DNA of 64,000 bases, from assembly GCA_004298905.1 (NCBI GenBank), contig SCTK01000018.1, positions 5,870 to 69,869 of the forward strand, given 5' to 3'. Below, one piece after another: positions 24,951-34,968 of this stretch. Source of the DNA: Burkholderiaceae bacterium (GTDB lineage Bacteria; Pseudomonadota; Gammaproteobacteria; Burkholderiales; Burkholderiaceae_D). The position numbers and the translations under genes were made by a program. Within the stretch, counting starts at the first letter, position 1; every line of letters starts with the position of its first letter. Under the pieces are notes generated by a model. It was not told the DNA's origin. It saw only the letters and a list, made by a program, of their open reading frames with translations, and did no database searches.

Positions 24951-25897
24951 AGTGAAGTCAAATCAAATTTAATATGCGGTGTTCCAAAATGCTGCACAAA
25001 GTTGGCCGCCTCCAGCGGCACGCCATCGACATCGGCACGCAGCACCTGCAAGACGCCATCGCAGCAGTCGATCAACACACGGTCCTGATCGATTCTGATA
25101 CCGGGCGAATGTGCGGTGGCAGGTTCCAGAACACGGGTTTTCCAGAGCCGGATGCATTTGCCGGCAACTTCGAAAAACGCTCCCGGATAATACGGCGGCG
25201 CCACGGCGCGTACCAGATTGTGAATGGCGCGCGTATTGTACTCCCAGCGGATACGGCCATCTTCCGGGGTGCGACCACCGAAATAGCTGCCTTGCGCCAG
25301 ATCCTGCGGTGTGCCGCGTGCGGTGCCGTCGAGCAAGCCGGGCAGGGCGGAGGTCAATGCGCGTTCTGCAGCATCGGTCACTTTGTCGAACACGGTCTTG
25401 GCGTCGTCGTCGGGCAGAATCGGCACAGATGATTGCGCGAAGATGTCGCCTGCATCGGGTTTGAGGGCCATGGCGTGCAGGGTCGCGCCGGTTTCGCTGG
25501 CGCCGTGCAAGACAGCCCAGTTGACCGGCGCACGGCCGCGAAATTTCGGCAGCAGCGAGCCATGCATGTTGTAAGCGCCGTGCGTTGGTAGTGCCAGCAA
25601 GGGCGCTTTCAGCATCAGCCGGTAGTAAAAAGAAAACAGGAAATCGGTTTGCAGCACAGCCAGTTGCGCGACAACGTCGTCGCGATTCGGATCATTCGGG
25701 GTGATGACGGGAATGCCATACGCGGCGGCGGTGGCGGCCACGCTGTCGAACCAGATCGTTTCCTGTGGGTTGTCAGTGTGGGTAATTACCATGCGCACAT
25801 CAACCCCGTGCGCCAGCAAGACTTTCAGGCAGCGGACGCCGACGTTATGGTACGCAAAAACGATGGCAGAGGGTGTCGAGGGGAGGTTGTTACTCAT
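24947..25897 (-). CDS. arnA: UDP-4-amino-4-deoxy-L-arabinose formyltransferase (stand-alone N-terminal ArnA domain)
   Basis: Formyl_trans N/C pattern: IVFAYHNVGVRCL, YNMHGSLLPKFRGRAPVNWAV. ATG at 25897 overlaps the arnC end by 8 nt. The track start at 25999 would overlap arnC extensively. Confidence 0.85.
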   Translation of the reverse strand: MSNNLPSTPSAIVFAYHNVGVRCLKVLLAHGVDVRMVITHTDNPQETIWFDSVAATAAAYGIPVITPNDPNRDDVVAQLAVLQTDFLFSFYYRLMLKAPLLALPTHGAYNMHGSLLPKFRGRAPVNWAVLHGASETGATLHAMALKPDAGDIFAQSSVPILPDDDAKTVFDKVTDAAERALTSALPGLLDGTARGTPQDLAQGSYFGGRTPEDGRIRWEYNTRAIHNLVRAVAPPYYPGAFFEVAGKCIRLWKTRVLEPATAHSPGIRIDQDRVLIDCCDGVLQVLRADVDGVPLEAANFVQHFGTPHIKFDLTSL

Positions 25898-26846
25898 CCG
25901 CGATTTTTTGTTCCAGCACCGCCTTGATAATGTAGCGCGGGCGGGCGCGCACTTGCTGGTAGATGCGGCCGACGTATTCGCCCAGCAGGCCGATGCCAAA
26001 CAGGGTGAGGCCGATCAGGAAGAAGCCGAGCACATCGCGGTCGTATAGTGCGCCCAGGCCCACGATAAAGCTGTCCGAGATCGTGCGCTTGATGAGCAGG
26101 ATGAACAGAAACAGCACCGAACCCAGCGAGGTCAAAATACCGAGCAGCGAAAAAATTTGCAGCGGCACCACCGAGAAGCCGGTGACCAGATCGAAATTCA
26201 GGCGGATCAGTTTATAGAGCGAATACTTGGATTCACCTGCGGTGCGTTCTTCGTGAGCCACTTCGATTTCGGTCGGATTGGCGGCGAAGGAATACGCCAG
26301 CGCGGGAATGAAGGTGTTGACCTCGGCGCATTGGTTGATGACGTTGACGATATCGCTGCTGTAGGCGCGCATCATGCACCCTTGATCGGTCATCTGGATG
26401 TGAGTGATTTTTTCGCGCAGCTTGTTCATCATCCGCGACGCGGAGCGGCGGAACAGACTGTCCTGGCGCTTGCGGCGTATCGTGCCGACGTAATCGTGGC
26501 CTTCCTGCATTTTCTTCACCAGATGGGCAATTTCTTCCGGCGGGTTTTGCAGATCGGCGTCCAGCGTGATGACGATGTCGCCACGCGCGCGTTGGAAACC
26601 CGCCATGATGGCCATGTGCTGGCCATAGTTGCCGTTGAACAGCACGATGCGCGTGACTTCCGGACGGCGTTCGAATTGCTGGCGCAGCAGTGCGGCCGAG
26701 CGGTCGATGCTGCCATCGTTGATGAAGATCACTTCAAAGGTTTCGCCCAGCGCATCGAGCGCGGGATAGAGACGGTCGAACAGAGCTTGCAAGCCATCTT
26801 CTTCGTTGTAGACCGGGATGACGATTGAAATCAGCGGGGCACTCAT
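25890..26846 (-). CDS. arnC: Undecaprenyl-phosphate 4-deoxy-4-formamido-L-arabinose transferase (GT2)
   Basis: ISIVIPVYNEE, FINDGSIDRS and ITLDADLQNPPEEI are present, with two C-terminal TM helices. Confidence 0.88.
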   Translation of the reverse strand: MSAPLISIVIPVYNEEDGLQALFDRLYPALDALGETFEVIFINDGSIDRSAALLRQQFERRPEVTRIVLFNGNYGQHMAIMAGFQRARGDIVITLDADLQNPPEEIAHLVKKMQEGHDYVGTIRRKRQDSLFRRSASRMMNKLREKITHIQMTDQGCMMRAYSSDIVNVINQCAEVNTFIPALAYSFAANPTEIEVAHEERTAGESKYSLYKLIRLNFDLVTGFSVVPLQIFSLLGILTSLGSVLFLFILLIKRTISDSFIVGLGALYDRDVLGFFLIGLTLFGIGLLGEYVGRIYQQVRARPRYIIKAVLEQKIADE

Positions 26847-26849
26847 TGA

Positions 26850-27977
26850 TTATTTTCCTTGCAGAACTTCCAGAGTCGCTTGCACGACGCGATCCACGTC
26901 TGCATCCTGCATAGCCGGGAACAGCGGCAGGGTCACGATGCCGCGGCCGATGCTTTCGGCCACTGGAAAATCGCCGGGGGCAAAGCCGAGTGCGCGATAC
27001 AGACTGAACAAATGAATCGGCGGGTAGTGTACCCCAACGCCGATGTTGCGCGCCTTCATCGCAGTGATGAAATCGGCGCGCGCGATGCCATTTTCCGGCA
27101 GCACCAGTTGGAACATGTGCCAGTTGCTGTTTTCGAAATCGCGTGGTGGCAGCTGTGCCGCGAGCGCACCGGCCTGATCGAAGAGGGTGAAATAACGTTG
27201 TGCCAGTTGCCGCCTGCGCTGCGTGAAGGTGTCGAGTTGCGCCAGTTGGCCCAGGCCAATGCGCGCCGCAATATCGGTGAGATTGAACTTGCCGCCGAGC
27301 ACATCGACATCCATGCCATCGACGCCGCTGCGCGTGACGCCTTGCAGGCGCAACTTTTCTGCCAGCGGCAGCAGGCTCGCATCCGGCAGCACAAGACAGC
27401 CGCCTTCCGAGGTGGTGATGTTCTTGTTGGCGTGAAAACTGAATGAAGCAAAGTCGCCGAAGCTGCCGATAGCCTTGCCTTGCCAGCGGCTGCCGATGGC
27501 TTGCGCTGAATCTTCGATGACGCGCAATTTGTGTTTGTGCGCCAGCGCATAGAGACTATCCATGTCCACCGGCAGGCCCGCCAGATAGACAGGCATGAGC
27601 GCCTTGGTGCGCGGCGTGATGGCGGCTTCGATGCGGCCGAGGTCGATATTGCGCGTGACCGGATCGACATCGACAAACACGGGTCGCGCACCGACTTCGA
27701 GAATCACATTGCTGGTGGCGACCCAGGATAGCGGCGTGGTGATGACTTCATCGCCCGCGCCGATACCGCACAGACGCAGCGCGATTTCCATGGTGCAGGT
27801 GCCGGAGTTGAAGCAGCGCACCGGGCGGCCACCGAAATAATCGGACAGCGCGGCTTCAAACTTCAGCACATTGGGGCCGGAAGTCAGCCAGCCGGAACGC
27901 AGCACTTCCACCACGCCGGCGATTGTGTCTTCGTCCAGTTGCGGACGCGTGAAGGGAAGGAAAGGTAGGTCAGACAT
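26850..27977 (-). CDS. arnB: UDP-4-amino-4-deoxy-L-arabinose--oxoglutarate aminotransferase (DegT/DnrJ/EryC1 family)
   Basis: LPFTRPQLDEDTIAGVVEVLRSGWLTSGP and SFHANKNITTSEGG (the PLP lysine) are present. ATG at 27977. The track extension to 28211 overlaps the upstream gene. Confidence 0.88.
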   Translation of the reverse strand: MSDLPFLPFTRPQLDEDTIAGVVEVLRSGWLTSGPNVLKFEAALSDYFGGRPVRCFNSGTCTMEIALRLCGIGAGDEVITTPLSWVATSNVILEVGARPVFVDVDPVTRNIDLGRIEAAITPRTKALMPVYLAGLPVDMDSLYALAHKHKLRVIEDSAQAIGSRWQGKAIGSFGDFASFSFHANKNITTSEGGCLVLPDASLLPLAEKLRLQGVTRSGVDGMDVDVLGGKFNLTDIAARIGLGQLAQLDTFTQRRRQLAQRYFTLFDQAGALAAQLPPRDFENSNWHMFQLVLPENGIARADFITAMKARNIGVGVHYPPIHLFSLYRALGFAPGDFPVAESIGRGIVTLPLFPAMQDADVDRVVQATLEVLQGK

Positions 27978-27988
27978 CAGAACGTGGG

Positions 27989-28360
27989 TCAGGATTTGGC
28001 CAGCAGTGCGACGCCGATGATGATGATGGTGACGGCCAGTAATTTCTGCCCGGTCAATGGCTCGCCGAAGAAATAATGGGCCGCAAACAGATTGACGACA
28101 TAGCCGAGCGACAGCATCGGATAGGCAATCGACACATCGACACGCGACAGACCAAGAATCCACACCACTACGCTGATGACATAACAGCTCAGCCCGCCGA
28201 TGATGGGCCATTGCGTGGCCAGCTTGAAGCCGATAGGAATGATGTTGGCGCGTGTGAATTCAAACGCGCCCACGGCGTTGGTGCCGGTCTTCAATAGCAG
28301 CTGTGCAGCGGCGTTGAGCAACACGCCGGTCAGGATCAAGCCGAAGGTGAGCAGGTTCAT
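27989..28360 (-). CDS. arnE: SMR/EamA-like 4-TM subunit of the undecaprenyl-phosphate-L-Ara4N flippase (ArnE/ArnF-type); only one copy present
   Basis: 123 aa with four TM helices, located between arnT and arnB with a 4-nt overlap to arnT. Confidence 0.65.
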   Translation of the reverse strand: MNLLTFGLILTGVLLNAAAQLLLKTGTNAVGAFEFTRANIIPIGFKLATQWPIIGGLSCYVISVVVWILGLSRVDVSIAYPMLSLGYVVNLFAAHYFFGEPLTGQKLLAVTIIIIGVALLAKS

Positions 28361-30012
28361 GGTTTGGTGACCACCACGCGCAAATGATCTTCGTACACGA
28401 CTTTCATCGGCACACTCAGCGTGGCAAGTTTTAAGTAAGTTTCTGGCTGCATGAAGGCAAAGGGTGCAGTATCGCTGTTCCAGCGCTGTACAAATGCGTC
28501 CAGAGTTGGGATCCAGCGCTCTGGCTCTTGTTGCAGCCCATATGCTAATTCATTTTGATGCGCGACCAGGATCACTGTGTGTTGCAGATAAAACGGCAGC
28601 GTGTGGTCGAAGGTTTCAATGCTGTAGAACGGTGTGTCCGCCTGCAGCAGCGGTTTGATTTGCGCGCTGAGAGTTTTGGTGGAACTGATGCGGCCCAGAT
28701 TTTCGTGCCCGAGCACTGCCAACAGGCAGGCGAGAAAGGCACTCACAGAGAAAGCCAGCAGGGCGGGGCGGAACTGTGGCCGCCGCAGCCAGGCATAGCT
28801 CAGTGCCAGTCCGCCGATCCAGATCACCAACGCAACATAGAGCCAGCCACGGTAATCGGTGGCGGCTTGTCGCATTACTTCGACGTCGGTGTCATTGCCA
28901 CCCACTTGCGAGAGCACAGCGATCAACGCCAGCGCCAGCACGCACCAGATCGCCATCTGCCAACGCAATGCGCGCACACTGGCGCGGGTCAGATACAGCC
29001 CGATCAGCAGCGCCAGTGCGGGAAAAATCGGCAGGATGTAAGAAGCCAGCTTGGAATCCGACAGACTGAAGAAAACGAAAATGAGCGTGACCCAGAGCAG
29101 CAGAATCCGCGCCACCAGAGTTTGCTGTGCATTACCCTGCGGACGCAGCCCTTGCCACAATCCCTGTAGCACAAAACCAAGCCAGGGCAGCATGCCAAAG
29201 GCAAACACCGGCAGGAAATACCACCAGGGCTCATAGCGCATATGCACCTTGGTCAGAAAGCGTTCAAAGTGTTCGTGAATAAAGAAGAAGTGTGCGAACT
29301 CAGGATTGATCACGGAAACGGCAATGAACCAGGGGGCAGCAATCAGCAGAAACAGCAGGCTGCCGTAAGACCATTCCAGTTTGCGCAGCAGTGCCCAGTC
29401 GCGTGCAGCAAAAATGTACAGCGTGAGCACTCCGCCCGGCAGAATCATGCCGACCAGCCCCTTGCTCAGAACAGCTAAGGCCATGCTGGCCCAGGCGAGC
29501 AGCATCCAGCGGCGGCGCAAGCGCGGATCGAGATCGGCTTGAAAATGTGCCAGCAGAAAGCAGCACAGCGTTGCCTGCATGAAGAAACACAGCCCCATGT
29601 CCAGCGTGTTCATCTGGCTCATGCCCAGATAAAGCGGACTGGACGCAAGAATCAGCGCGCTGTTGGCCGCTACCGCCGGGGTGAACAAGCGCCGCGCTGT
29701 GAACCAGAGCAACACCACGCCGAGAAACCCCGTCAGCGCCGTCCAGAGCCGTGCCGTCCATTCATGCAGGCCGAAGTTTTTGAATGCAAGTGCGGTCATC
29801 CAGTACTGCAGCGGCGGTTTTTCAAAATATTTGATGCCATTCAGGCGCGGGGTGATCCAGTCGCCACTCACCACCATCTCGCGCGCAATTTCCGCATAGC
29901 GGGCTTCATCAGTTTTGATCAGAGTGCGGTAGTCGAGCGCGCCAAACCATGCGATGGCAAGCAACAACATCATTACCAGTGCGCTGCGGGACGAGAATGA
30001 TGGGGCGGGCAT
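28357..30012 (-). CDS. arnT: 4-amino-4-deoxy-L-arabinose lipid A transferase (GT39/PMT_2 family)
   Basis: DEARYAEIAREMVVSGDWITPRLNGIKYFEKPPLQYW matches the ArnT/PMT signature. The protein has many TM helices. ATG at 30012. Confidence 0.85.
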   Translation of the reverse strand: MPAPSFSSRSALVMMLLLAIAWFGALDYRTLIKTDEARYAEIAREMVVSGDWITPRLNGIKYFEKPPLQYWMTALAFKNFGLHEWTARLWTALTGFLGVVLLWFTARRLFTPAVAANSALILASSPLYLGMSQMNTLDMGLCFFMQATLCCFLLAHFQADLDPRLRRRWMLLAWASMALAVLSKGLVGMILPGGVLTLYIFAARDWALLRKLEWSYGSLLFLLIAAPWFIAVSVINPEFAHFFFIHEHFERFLTKVHMRYEPWWYFLPVFAFGMLPWLGFVLQGLWQGLRPQGNAQQTLVARILLLWVTLIFVFFSLSDSKLASYILPIFPALALLIGLYLTRASVRALRWQMAIWCVLALALIAVLSQVGGNDTDVEVMRQAATDYRGWLYVALVIWIGGLALSYAWLRRPQFRPALLAFSVSAFLACLLAVLGHENLGRISSTKTLSAQIKPLLQADTPFYSIETFDHTLPFYLQHTVILVAHQNELAYGLQQEPERWIPTLDAFVQRWNSDTAPFAFMQPETYLKLATLSVPMKVVYEDHLRVVVTKP

Positions 30013-30077
30013 GGCAGTAATTTCCGCGCGTGCGGATAGACACAATAAAGCGGAGAGTATAAGGGGGAACTTGCGGG

Positions 30078-30113
30078 CAAAAACGAAAAGGCCTCGCAGT
30101 GCTGCGAGGCCTT
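30078..30113 (-). terminator. Rho-independent terminator of tRNA-Asn
   Basis: On the minus strand: AAGGCCTCGCAG-ca-CTGCGAGGCCTT followed by TTTCGTTTTT. Confidence 0.75.
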
Positions 30114-30120
30114 GTATGTC

Positions 30121-30196
30121 TGGCTCCCCGACCTGGGCTCGAACCAGGGACCTACGGATTAACAGTCCGGCGCTCTACCGACTGAGCTATCGGGGA
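30121..30196 (-). tRNA. tRNA-Asn (anticodon GUU)
   Basis: The reverse complement TCCCCGATAGCTCAGTCGGTAGAGCGCCGGACTGTTAATCCGTAGGTCCCTGGTTCGAGCCCAGGTCGGGGAGCCA is close to E. coli tRNA-Asn. Confidence 0.95.
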
Positions 30197-30210
30197 ATGG
30201 AAAGTCGCGC

Positions 30211-30239
30211 ATTATACGAAGACTTCCACAGAGGGTCAA
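30211..30239 (-). promoter_or_regulatory. Sigma-70 promoter of tRNA-Asn
   Basis: The minus strand reads TTGACC-N17-TATAAT followed by the GC-rich discriminator GCGCGAC, about 15 nt upstream of the tRNA 5' end. Confidence 0.6.
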
Positions 30240-30259
30240 ACCGGCCGACCCTCACACGC

Positions 30260-31465
30260 TTATTTGACGATGTCGGCAATTGCGTCGGCGACGTAATCGA
30301 GGTTGTTGCTGTTCATTGCCGCCAGACAAATACGCCCGGTTCCGACGGCGTAAATGCCATAGTCGTTGCGCAATTGATCGACTTGCGCGCTGGTCAGGCC
30401 AGAGTAGGAGAACATGCCGCGCTGGTGTGCGACGAAAGAGAAATCCTGTTTGACGCCGCGTGCCCGCAAGCCATCCACCAGGCCGCTGCGCATGGCGCGA
30501 ATGCGGTCACGCATTTCAGCCAGTTCGGTTTCCCATATGGCTCGCAGTTCCGGAGTGTTGAGTACGGTGGCGACAATCGTGCCGCCGTGGGTGGGTGGGT
30601 TCGAATAGTTGGTGCGAATCACGCGCTTCAGTTGGCTGAGCACGCGCGTTGATTCGTCCTTTTCCGTGGTCACGATGGACAGCGCGCCGACGCGCTCGCC
30701 ATACAGCGAGAACGATTTTGAAAATGAACTGGAGACAAAGAAGCTGATGCCCGAGGCGGCAAACAAGCGCACGGCGATGCCGTCCGCTTCGATGTTTTCA
30801 CCGAAGCCTTGATACGCCATGTCGAGGAACGGGGTGAGCCGACGCGACTGACACACCTCGACGATTTGTTGCCATTGATCGTTGCTCAGATCGACGCCGG
30901 TGGGGTTGTGGCAGCAGGCGTGCAGCAGAATGATGGTGTGCGCAGGTGCTTGATTGAGCGTGTCCAACAGACCGGCGAAGTTGACGCCGTGGCCGGTCGG
31001 ATCGTAATAGGGATAGGTGCCAACGCTGAAGCCGGCGCTTTCGAACAGCGCACGGTGATTTTCCCAGCTGGGGTCGCTGATCAACACTTGCGCATCTGGT
31101 GTCAAGCGCTTGAGAAAGTCGGCACCGATTTTCAGGGCGCCCGTGCCGCCCAAGGCTTGGGCCGTGACGACGCGGCCGGTGGACAGTAGCGGCGAATCTG
31201 TGCCAAACAGCAATTTCTGCACACCCTGGTTATAGGCGGCCAACCCTTCGATCGGCAGATAGCCGCGCGGCGCGGCGGCAGCGATACGTTGCGCTTCGGC
31301 TTCCTTGACCGCGCGCAGCAGTGGAATTTTGCCGGCGTCATTGGTATAGACGCCCACCCCAAGATTGACCTTGGTGCTGCGTTGGTCGGTATTAAAGGCT
31401 TCATTCAGGCCAAGAATAGGATCGCGCGGGGCGAGTTCGACGGATGCGAAAAGATCAGAAGACAT
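30260..31465 (-). CDS. Aromatic-amino-acid / aspartate aminotransferase (class I, AspC/TyrB type)
   Basis: FASVELAPRDPILGLNEAFNTDQRSTKVNLGVGVY and SSSFSKSFSLYGERVGAL (the PLP lysine) are present. The product is 401 aa. Confidence 0.88.
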   Translation of the reverse strand: MSSDLFASVELAPRDPILGLNEAFNTDQRSTKVNLGVGVYTNDAGKIPLLRAVKEAEAQRIAAAAPRGYLPIEGLAAYNQGVQKLLFGTDSPLLSTGRVVTAQALGGTGALKIGADFLKRLTPDAQVLISDPSWENHRALFESAGFSVGTYPYYDPTGHGVNFAGLLDTLNQAPAHTIILLHACCHNPTGVDLSNDQWQQIVEVCQSRRLTPFLDMAYQGFGENIEADGIAVRLFAASGISFFVSSSFSKSFSLYGERVGALSIVTTEKDESTRVLSQLKRVIRTNYSNPPTHGGTIVATVLNTPELRAIWETELAEMRDRIRAMRSGLVDGLRARGVKQDFSFVAHQRGMFSYSGLTSAQVDQLRNDYGIYAVGTGRICLAAMNSNNLDYVADAIADIVK

Positions 31466-31812
31466 GGGAGGGATATCAGTTAGGGAAAAATGAATAGATC
31501 AGGGTTGTTTTCGGTACGGCCTTGGCAAAATCAATATGCATGCGGGTCTGGCGACGAATGCAGGATTTTGGCACAGGTATGGGGCATTATGTGGCAAATT
31601 AATGACGAAAAATCTCTATAAGAAACAATGCGTTACATTTGCCTAGCGTAGATCGGCGATAATTATGTTTTGCAATGCAGCAAGCGCACTTGGTGCGGTT
31701 AGTTGCACTTTTCGAGTGCTGTTGCCATGGCTGTGGGCGGTGCTGATTTTAGCATGGGACACACCCGTGCCCAGTGGGCACGGGGCTGGCAGACGTGCAT
31801 CAGGTGAACACG

Positions 31813-33852
31813 ATGTCCGAGGCAGTGGATGACAAAAATTTCATCCGGTTTGATCACAGTCCGTTCCAGTTGGCGCAGCCTTTTCCACCGGCGGGAGATC
31901 AACCGCAGGCGATCGAGCAGTTGCTTGAGGGTGTGCGCGATGGTTTGAGTTTTCAAACCCTGCTGGGCGTCACCGGTTCGGGCAAGACTTACACCATGGC
32001 CAATGTGATCGCCCGATTAGGCCGGCCGGCCCTGGTGCTGGCGCCGAACAAGACGCTGGCGGCGCAGTTGTATGCAGAAATGCGGGAATTTTTTCCGCAC
32101 AACGCGGTGGAGTATTTCGTTTCGTACTACGACTACTACCAGCCGGAAGCGTATGTGCCGCAGCGCGATCTGTTTATCGAAAAGGACTCGTCAATCAACG
32201 AGCAGATCGAGCAGATGCGATTGTCGGCCACCAAGTCGCTGCTGGAACGGCGTGATACGGTGATTGTGGCGACGGTGTCGTGTATTTACGGCATCGGTAA
32301 TCCGAGCGATTACCACGCCATGATTCTGATTCTGCGCACGCAGGACAAGTTGTCGCGGCAGGATGTGGTGACGCGGCTGACGGCGATGCAGTATGACCGC
32401 AACGATGTGGATTTTGAACGCGGCACGTTTCGCGTGCGTGGGGATACGATCGATATCTTCCCCGCCGAACATGCGGAACTGGCGGTGCGGGTTGAATTGT
32501 TTGACGACGTAGTTGAAACGATTCAGTTGTTTGACCCCTTGACTGGCCGCGTGCGGCAAAGGGTGCCGCGCTTTACGGTGTACCCCTCGTCGCATTATGT
32601 GACGCCACGCGCCACGGTATTGCGTGCGGTAGAAGATATCAAGGTTGAGTTGCGTGAGCGGCTCGACTGGTTTTACCAGGAGAACAAGCTGGTGGAAGCG
32701 CAGCGATTGGAGCAGCGCACCCGGTTTGATCTCGAAATGTTGAGTGAATTGGGTTTTTGCAAGGGCATCGAGAATTACTCGCGGCACTTGTCAGGCGCCC
32801 AGCCGGGCGAGCCGCCGCCGACATTGATTGATTACTTGCCGAGCGATGCCTTGCTGTTCATCGACGAGTCGCACGTGAGCGTGAGTCAGGTCGGTGCGAT
32901 GTACAAGGGCGACCGGGCGCGCAAGGAGAATTTGGTGGATTACGGGTTTCGGCTGCCTTCGGCGCTGGATAACCGGCCACTGAAGTTTGAGGAATTTGAA
33001 GCCAGGATGCGGCAATGCATCTTTGTTTCTGCCACACCGTCCACATATGAGGCAGAGCATGCCGGTCAGGTGGTGGAACAAGTGGTGCGTCCGACCGGAC
33101 TGATCGACCCGCAGGTGCTGGTGCGTCCGGCGTCGACGCAGGTGGACGATGTATTGAATGAAATTCGTGCGCGGGTGAAGTTGCAGGAGCGCGTGCTGGT
33201 GACCACGCTGACCAAGCGGATGGCCGAGGATCTGACGGATTTTCTTGGCGATCACGGGGTCAAGGTGCGGTATCTGCATTCCGATATCGATACCGTGGAA
33301 CGGGTCGAGATTTTGCGCGATTTGCGTCTCGGGCTGTTTGATGTACTGGTCGGCATCAACCTGTTGCGTGAAGGGCTGGATCTGCCGGAAGTTTCGCTGG
33401 TGGCGATATTGGATGCGGACAAGGAAGGTTTTTTACGCTCCGAGCGTTCGTTGATTCAAACGATTGGCCGTGCAGCACGGAACCTCAACGGCATGGCGAT
33501 ACTCTATGCCGACAGGGTTACCGGCTCGATGCAGCGGGCGATGGATGAAACCAACCGGCGACGGACAAAGCAGATAGCTTATAACGCGCAGCATGGCATC
33601 ACGCCGCGCGGCGTGGTCAAGGGTATCAAGGATTTGATCGATGGCGCGTATGACCTGCAGGAAGCGAGGCAGGAACGCAAGGCGGCCCAGGATCGCGCGC
33701 AGTACGAAGCGATGAGCGAGAAGGATGTCGCGAAAGAGCTGAAGCGGCTGGAGAAATTGATGATGGATCACGCCCGCAATCTGGAATTTGAACAGGCGGC
33801 GCAAGTGCGGGACCAGTTGAGATTGTTGAAAGAGCAGATTTTTTTTAGGTGA
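31813..33852 (+). CDS. uvrB: Excinuclease ABC subunit B
   Basis: Walker [16 protein letters not shown], helicase motifs and the C-terminal UVR domain [13 protein letters not shown] are present. ATG at 31813. Confidence 0.93.
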   Translation: MSEAVDDKNFIRFDHSPFQLAQPFPPAGDQPQAIEQLLEGVRDGLSFQTLLGVTGSGKTYTMANVIARLGRPALVLAPNKTLAAQLYAEMREFFPHNAVEYFVSYYDYYQPEAYVPQRDLFIEKDSSINEQIEQMRLSATKSLLERRDTVIVATVSCIYGIGNPSDYHAMILILRTQDKLSRQDVVTRLTAMQYDRNDVDFERGTFRVRGDTIDIFPAEHAELAVRVELFDDVVETIQLFDPLTGRVRQRVPRFTVYPSSHYVTPRATVLRAVEDIKVELRERLDWFYQENKLVEAQRLEQRTRFDLEMLSELGFCKGIENYSRHLSGAQPGEPPPTLIDYLPSDALLFIDESHVSVSQVGAMYKGDRARKENLVDYGFRLPSALDNRPLKFEEFEARMRQCIFVSATPSTYEAEHAGQVVEQVVRPTGLIDPQVLVRPASTQVDDVLNEIRARVKLQERVLVTTLTKRMAEDLTDFLGDHGVKVRYLHSDIDTVERVEILRDLRLGLFDVLVGINLLREGLDLPEVSLVAILDADKEGFLRSERSLIQTIGRAARNLNGMAILYADRVTGSMQRAMDETNRRRTKQIAYNAQHGITPRGVVKGIKDLIDGAYDLQEARQERKAAQDRAQYEAMSEKDVAKELKRLEKLMMDHARNLEFEQAAQVRDQLRLLKEQIFFR

Positions 33853-33857
33853 ACGTC

Positions 33858-34349
33858 ATGATGACAAAAATATTGTTTGTTTGTATGGGAAACATTTGCC
33901 GCTCGCCCACGGCGGAAGGCGTGTTTCGTGCCCAGGTGGCGACAGCGGGGCTGCAGCCCCATGTCGAGATCGATTCGGCGGGTACGCACGCTTACCACAT
34001 CGGCGAAGCGCCGGATCCGCGTGCGCGCAATGCGGCCCGCAAGCGCGGCTACGATCTGGAATCGCTGCGCGCCCGTCAGGTCAAGCCCGAAGATTTTCGT
34101 GACTATGATCTGATTCTCGCGATGGACTGGGAAAACCTGGCGTTCATGCAGCAGAAATGTCCGAAACCCTATCAGCACAAACTGCAATTGCTGATGCGTT
34201 TTGCGATTGACCATGAAGAAGCCACCGTACCCGATCCCTATTACGGCGGGGAAGATGGCTTCGAGCAAGTACTCAATTATGTTGAGGATTCCTGCACCGG
34301 CTTGCTGGACTACGTGCGCAAGCGCGCCACCATGTACGTTGCGGCTTGA
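33858..34349 (+). CDS. Low-molecular-weight protein-tyrosine phosphatase
   Basis: P-loop CMGNICRSP (C-x5-R-S) and the general-acid loop VPDPYYG are present. Confidence 0.85.
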   Translation: MMTKILFVCMGNICRSPTAEGVFRAQVATAGLQPHVEIDSAGTHAYHIGEAPDPRARNAARKRGYDLESLRARQVKPEDFRDYDLILAMDWENLAFMQQKCPKPYQHKLQLLMRFAIDHEEATVPDPYYGGEDGFEQVLNYVEDSCTGLLDYVRKRATMYVAA

Positions 34350-34371
34350 GTTTGAGCGCAACCGCCCACTG

Positions 34372-34396
34372 AAAAAAGCGCCTATGCGCTTTTTTC
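34372..34396 (+). terminator. Rho-independent terminator after the phosphatase gene
   Basis: AAAAAAGCGC-ctat-GCGCTTTTTTC. Confidence 0.75.
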
Positions 34397-34405
34397 ATGG
34401 CCGCA

Positions 34406-34457
34406 AAGTTGACTGACTTGGTCGGGTACCATATACTTGAGCAGGATAGTCAACTAC
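34406..34457 (+). promoter_or_regulatory. Two putative type-1 IscR operator sites in the iscR promoter
   Basis: AAAGTTGACTGACTTGGTCGGGTACC (34406-34430) and ATACTTGAGCAGGATAGTCAACTAC (34433-34457) each approximate the E. coli type-1 consensus ATASYYGACTRwwwYAGTCRRSTAT with a few mismatches. They lie 40-90 nt upstream of iscR. Confidence 0.5.
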
Positions 34458-34494
34458 TTGTGAAACCGCGCGAACACGCGGGTGGAGGGTACTG

Positions 34495-34968
34495 ATGCGA
34501 CTGACGACCAAAGGGCGTTTCGCCGTGACAGCCATGATTGATCTCGGCCTGCGTTATCACGGCGGGCCGGTGACGTTGGCGGGCATTAGTTCGCGCCAGA
34601 AAATTTCACTCTCCTATCTGGAACAGTTATTCGGCAAGTTGCGGCGTTCCGAACTGGTCGACAGTGTGCGCGGGCCGGGGGGCGGATATGTACCGGCGCG
34701 GCCGATAAGTGATATCACGGTGGCGGACATTATTTATGCCGTGGATGAACCGCTTGATGCGACTCAGTGTGGCGGCAAGGAAAATTGCCTGGATGAACAC
34801 CGCTGCATGACGCACGATTTGTGGACCAATTTGAACCGCAAGATGGTCGATTATCTGGACTCGGTCAGCCTGCAGGATCTGGTCGAGCAACAATTGCAAC
34901 GCCAGCAAGCCAACGCGGCGCCGCAGGTCAAGGTTTTTCGCGATGGCAAGCAGGCTCAGGCAGTTTGA
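34495..34968 (+). CDS. iscR: Fe-S cluster assembly transcriptional regulator IscR (Rrf2 family)
   Basis: [17 protein letters not shown]..., w[18 protein letters not shown] and the Cys cluster [16 protein letters not shown] are present. It is the first gene of the isc operon. Confidence 0.92.
   Translation: MRLTTKGRFAVTAMIDLGLRYHGGPVTLAGISSRQKISLSYLEQLFGKLRRSELVDSVRGPGGGYVPARPISDITVADIIYAVDEPLDATQCGGKENCLDEHRCMTHDLWTNLNRKMVDYLDSVSLQDLVEQQLQRQQANAAPQVKVFRDGKQAQAV

Noticed and set aside
31466-31812. SOS (LexA) box expected upstream of uvrB
   Set aside because: I found no CTGT-N8-ACAG-type palindrome by eye. The only near match, CTGTTGCCATGGCTGT, has the wrong second half-site. No call is made.
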